Below are positions 62,415 to 64,000 of a stretch of DNA of 64,000 nucleotides, piece after piece (within the stretch, counting starts at the first letter, position 1; each line of letters opens with the position of its first letter). Below the pieces are notes generated by a model. It was not told the DNA's origin. It did no database searches and saw only the letters and a program-made list of their open reading frames with translations. This DNA is from Barthelona sp. PCE (Eukaryota), in NCBI GenBank assembly GCA_040285745.1, contig JAUFOR010000001.1:434001-498000 (forward strand). Direction: 5' to 3'. The position numbers and the translations under genes are program-made.

Positions 62415-64000
62415 TAAGGAGCCCTTGTTGAGGGCCAGGGACATGGTAGTCGCCACCTTTGAGACTATGTACAGCCTCAGGGACACCCCAGACCTCGGGA
62501 AGCTCAAGAAATCGTTTCACTTGAGCGGCATAGTACTACCTGTCCTATTGGCATCCTGGGTGCACACTGTAGATGAAATACCGCTGCTAAACCACAATGA
62601 GCCCAGCCCCAGCGGGTTTGGGACAGAGGCAGCAGCGAGGGCGGCAAAGGGGAGCAGTACGCGTTACTCCTCCTCTTTATGGGCATGCCCACAGCGGAGG
62701 CCACCGCTGGGATAATAAGAAAGGCAACAGCCGACCTTATCAGGTCGCGTGCAGGAATCGCACAAAAAGCTTGGGATATGCTCTTTGAGCTTGCGATTCC
62801 TCAGCTAGATCGCGTCAGACATCTAGCACAAAGTACACGTAGGAAGCCCCAGGCGGCCAGTGACTTTGACGAGGCAGTCTTTAAGGCAGTCCTCAAGCCC
62901 GCGAGTAACGTCGCGGAAGTACGTGATGAGATTGTCCCAACGTTCAAGGTGAAATCTCGCGGCGTCTCCCGATATGTCGAGGAGGCGCCTGAGGAGCCTG
63001 AGGCCCCACTTTGGTCACACCACAAGGGGGCACAGACCCAGAGGCCAGGGTAAGGATGAATGATTTCCTTACCTCGCTGATAGCAGTCCAAGCCCGAAGG
63101 CTCCTCCAGTAATGGAAGAACTGCGAGAAACCCCTAAGAACCACACTTGAGAACTGTGAGAAATCCTTAAAAAACCACGTTGAAAAAACTGTGAGAAATC
63201 CGTAATAACCACTTTTGACACTACCAGGACCAGCAGCTACCTCGGCTGTAAGTCCTCCCCGGGAATCCCGGACGTTTTAGACAGGATGGGGGTCATCCCT
63301 GACAGCTCCTCTCGGCAAAGAGCCTTGAACGAGAGCGTCAGCTTCCCCAGCAACTCCTCAAATTCTCGAAAGAGAAGACAGTATCACGCTAGTCGTCTAA
63401 AAACGGTAGTCCCAGTGGTCCTAACCCACCGCGTCCTGGAGCTGACGGTAGCCATAGGCAGTGGCTGAGTACCTGATGAAGATCATCCTACTCACCATCA
63501 TCGGCCGTGGCGTCACCCATGAAAAGTCTAGTTTCATGAGGGCCTTGAGAAAAAATCTCGGTAACCGACGCCACATCTATGGCAGATTGTACGAGGGTCA
63601 TAAACTCCCCTGTGCAACCCCCTACCAGCACCTCGACGCTATTCGTCGACCTCCCGCCCCCTCCTGATGTCCCTAAGCGCAAGCAATCCAGGAGAGTGTA
63701 GGCAGGAGAAAGTGAGATGACGAATCTCTCACTTGTAAATCCCAGTTGAGAAACTGTCCGCATCTGTTATGCCGCCACAGCACCGTGAGGCGCTAGTTGG
63801 CCCGCATAACGACACCTTTTTCTCGAAATTCGAGGTTTATTGGAGGATCAAAGGCGCAGAAAGCGTAAAGCTGAAGCACGAAAAAAAGCGTCATTATCCC
63901 CAAACTTAAGGCAGATCTAGCGGCTGCCTCCCGCGATAGGGACTTATACATGGATATAGCGCTTGTCGCATCCCTATAATCCCACATTATCGCACCAGAA
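62415..64000 (+). other. Degenerate GC-richer segment with fragmented ORFs (possible mobile or foreign element remnant, 3'-truncated)
   Basis: Abrupt composition shift after a long AT-rich tract; overlapping short ORFs broken by frameshifts and stops; no RT or transposase motif recognised. Confidence 0.4.
63119..63219. repeat. Three imperfect tandem copies of a 33-35 nt unit (AACTGYGAGAAAYCC..AACCAC..TTGA)
   Basis: Units start at 63119, 63152 and 63187. Confidence 0.8.

Noticed and set aside
63119-63219. CRISPR-like array
   Set aside because: Only three imperfect units, the putative spacers resemble each other, there are no cas genes, and the context is eukaryotic.
1-64000. Alternative genetic code (TAA/TAG = Gln) or TGA readthrough
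   Set aside because: Conserved genes are uninterrupted and end at expected positions with TAA, TAG or TGA; the tRNA-Gln anticodon is the standard TTG.

Overview
Very gene-dense, intron-poor nuclear DNA from a flagellated eukaryote using the standard genetic code (TAA, TAG and TGA all end conserved genes). Tiny intergenic gaps, few introns and bacterial-type genes suggest a metamonad protist such as a free-living fornicate relative; that assignment is inference. The window holds about 35 protein genes. Recognisable ones: a class I PDE (5'-truncated), ARPC4, a DPY-30 protein, IFT38/CLUAP1, prokaryote-type ferritin, a NIPA transporter, PRIM2, CEP131, eIF2-gamma, PIG-Q, Rpn9, CIA1, a TIGR02452/bacterial-type PARG, SPEF2, dynein LC4, a DAACS/SDF transporter, AMMECR1, MCM-BP, YIF1, a DENN-IQ protein, RFC3 and a nucleoside/nucleotide kinase. 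There are also two tRNA genes, a lineage-specific family of ~630-680 aa orphan genes (two copies broken) and a degenerate GC-richer segment at the right end. Best leads: (1) an unannotated ~210-nt structured RNA with a box C/D-like motif just downstream of the tRNA pair; (2) a tRNA-Met with a 7-nt intron; (3) hidden spliceosomal introns with Giardia/Trichomonas-like branch-to-acceptor spacing, one of them 160 nt and folded into two hairpins; (4) a glutamate-transporter homolog that has lost its Na+ ligands; (5) a DENN-IQ protein fused to a NACK-C-like domain; (6) an N-terminally truncated SPEF2 preceded by an orphan splice-acceptor-like motif. All protein identifications are by-eye motif recognition; no database search was run.
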